NCBI GenBank assembly: GCA_016699105.1
Contig: CP064960.1
Coordinates: 264,727-328,726, forward strand
Length of the DNA stretch: 64,000 bases
From: a bacterium
GTDB lineage: Bacteria; Patescibacteriota; Saccharimonadia; UBA4664
Direction: 5' to 3'
In this document: positions 62,793-64,000 of the stretch, in pieces
How the letters are laid out: each line of letters begins with the position of its first letter
Position numbering within the stretch: the stretch's first letter is position 1
The notes under the pieces: generated by a model
Told to the model about the DNA's origin: nothing
Seen by the model: the letters and a program-made list of their open reading frames with translations, nothing else
Database searches by the model: none
Program-made: the position numbers and the translations under genes

Positions 62793-63185
62793 TTAGAGGA
62801 CCGTTTGATAATTAGGCCCGAAGAGACGTGTGGCGGCTGATGGATCACGGTCTAGAGTCCGTTTTACGCTTGAGAGGCTCACATGGACACCATGTTCGAG
62901 CAGCTCTGCGTGGACAACCTCAGCGCATCTGTTGTGCTTGAGACGCTCGGCGATGATGGCTTGGACGATTGCCTTGGAGAGCGCTTTCGGATGAGACTGA
63001 GGCCGCGAGGACTCGGTTGGAATATTCATCCGGCCGTCGGCCGGAGCTTTAGCGACCCAGCGCACAATGGTGGACTGGTTGTACCCGAAATGAAGGGCGA
63101 CTGCACGAGTAGTCCACCCTTTTCTTACAAGTTTGACCGCTTCCATGCGGAGTTTAGGGAGCTTTTCGTTAGATGTGTAGGCCAT
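62793..63185 (-). mobile_element. IS481-like transposase N-terminal (HTH) fragment; DDE core absent or decayed
   Basis: 'LVRKGWTTRAVALHFGYNQSTIVRWV' HTH, followed by 'SRPQSHPKALSKAIVQAIIAERLKHNRCAEVVHAELLEHGVHVSLSSVKRTL', which matches the IS481 'RPhrSP...g.kia..L...g...s.stV.riL' region. The ORF stops after 130 aa. Confidence 0.4.
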
Positions 63186-63313
63186 GGTTCATTGTAGCGT
63201 TACTTTGATGCAAAGCTATTGAACCATTACGGATGATTGGAAACAAACATAATTTATGGTATAACCTGTTTACTCGTAATCCGAGAGTACCTCGAGTGAA
63301 CTGGAGCTTCGCT

Positions 63314-64000
63314 GTGTCTGATAAATCTGAAGTGCAACGGCCAAAGTTGACACCGACTGAAAGGCTCGTAGTTGATTTAGTGAGTCAAGGCTTGACCAAT
63401 AAGGAAGTGGCAGCAAGGTTGGGTAGATCGCCATTGACAATAAAATCGCACCTGAATCGGATATCGGGTAAATGTGGTGGACGACATGGACGAGCTGACA
63501 TTATTTTGGCATTTGGAACATCAGTTTCAAGTTTGCAAGTTCATTTGTTTAAGCAGTCGTGGGACAGTTTGAACAGATATGCTTACATAATTGCGTCGTT
63601 GGCTGCACAGGGTATGACGAATCAGCAGATAAGTAGTCGAATAGGTATTTCTGTGGATTCGGTCAAGTATCGTTTGCGAAAGATATTTCAGCAATTGGGT
63701 GTCAGTAGACGATTTGAGCTTGTTGAACAGTGGCGAGTTATGAATACTATTGCACACCAATCCGAATATGATGAGAGCCCATTCGGCCGATTGCGAAATT
63801 GGTTTTTAAATCAGCAGCAACCGCTGGATCAGTCTGAACTGTTGACGCTCATACAAATAGCCTTGAATGGTGATTCCGAGGATTCTGAGTTGTTGGCTAT
63901 TCGGTCGGAGCGAGTTCGAACTTTGATCGAAGATATCTTGCGCAATCAATTGTCGTTTGCACCAGTATTACTGATGCGACTCTGGCTTGAAAGTGGTTGG
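63314..64000 (+). CDS. regulator with two tandem LuxR/GerE-type HTH domains (GTG start; runs off the window end)
   Basis: 'LTPTERLVVDLVSQGLTNKEVAARLGRSPLTIKSHLNRI' and 'LNRYAYIIASLAAQGMTNQQISSRIGISVDSVKYRLRKIFQQLGV'. Not in the ATG-ORF track because of the GTG start and the open end. Confidence 0.5.
   Translation, partial: MSDKSEVQRPKLTPTERLVVDLVSQGLTNKEVAARLGRSPLTIKSHLNRISGKCGGRHGRADIILAFGTSVSSLQVHLFKQSWDSLNRYAYIIASLAAQGMTNQQISSRIGISVDSVKYRLRKIFQQLGVSRRFELVEQWRVMNTIAHQSEYDESPFGRLRNWFLNQQQPLDQSELLTLIQIALNGDSEDSELLAIRSERVRTLIEDILRNQLSFAPVLLMRLWLESGW

Overview
This 64 kb window holds the chromosomal replication-origin region (SppA, candidate oriC, dnaA, dnaN, recF, a frameshifted DUF721 gene) flanked by two accessory islands. 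Gene content looks like a Gram-positive-type or CPR/Saccharibacteria-like bacterium: a sortase with a substrate, a Gram-positive-style type IV secretion system (T4SS), and many orphan membrane proteins. Phylum cannot be proven without searches.

Left island (about 1.6 to 13.5 kb, minus strand):
- A VapBC toxin-antitoxin pair.
- A giant 2446-aa RHS/YD-repeat polymorphic toxin with a bulb-lectin domain, three PA14 domains and a C-terminal toxin tip.
- Two downstream orphan RHS C-terminal cassettes, with small membrane or soluble ORFs that are candidate immunity genes.

Origin region (about 13.7 to 22.6 kb): dnaN and recF are separated by a secreted surface protein (18801..20486) and a sortase.

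Right island (about 24 to 39 kb): a T4SS-like cluster containing
- four tandem VirB2-like pilin paralogs,
- a VirB6-like protein,
- a roughly 1070-aa low-complexity protein,
- a PrgI/VirB3-like protein,
- a split VirB4 ATPase,
- a very large protein with a GH26-like glycosidase domain,
- a glucosaminidase/M15 peptidoglycan hydrolase.
No relaxase or coupling ATPase is present in the window. The cluster ends at a bidirectional terminator.

Remainder of the window:
- Housekeeping and stress genes: hsp20, comFC, four tRNAs (Ser-GCU, Ser-UGA, Arg, Ser-CGA), pgi, valS.
- Envelope glycosylation: an intact GT-C-like membrane protein plus Ppm1-like GT2 pair, and a second three-gene glycosyltransferase locus.
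- A GHKL-ATPase plus DUF4325 (STAS-like) two-gene module behind a triple palindromic operator.
- A degraded ComF paralog, an IS481-like transposase fragment, and a tandem-LuxR HTH gene running off the end.

A striking number of genes are broken by frameshifts. These include essential valS (at least 8 pieces) and pgi, plus VirB4, the sortase, the DUF721 gene and all three genes of the second glycosyltransferase locus. The 7.3 kb RHS ORF and dnaA/dnaN/recF are intact. Either sequence quality is locally poor (indel errors) or part of the window is genuinely decaying. All frameshifted calls should be re-checked against reads.
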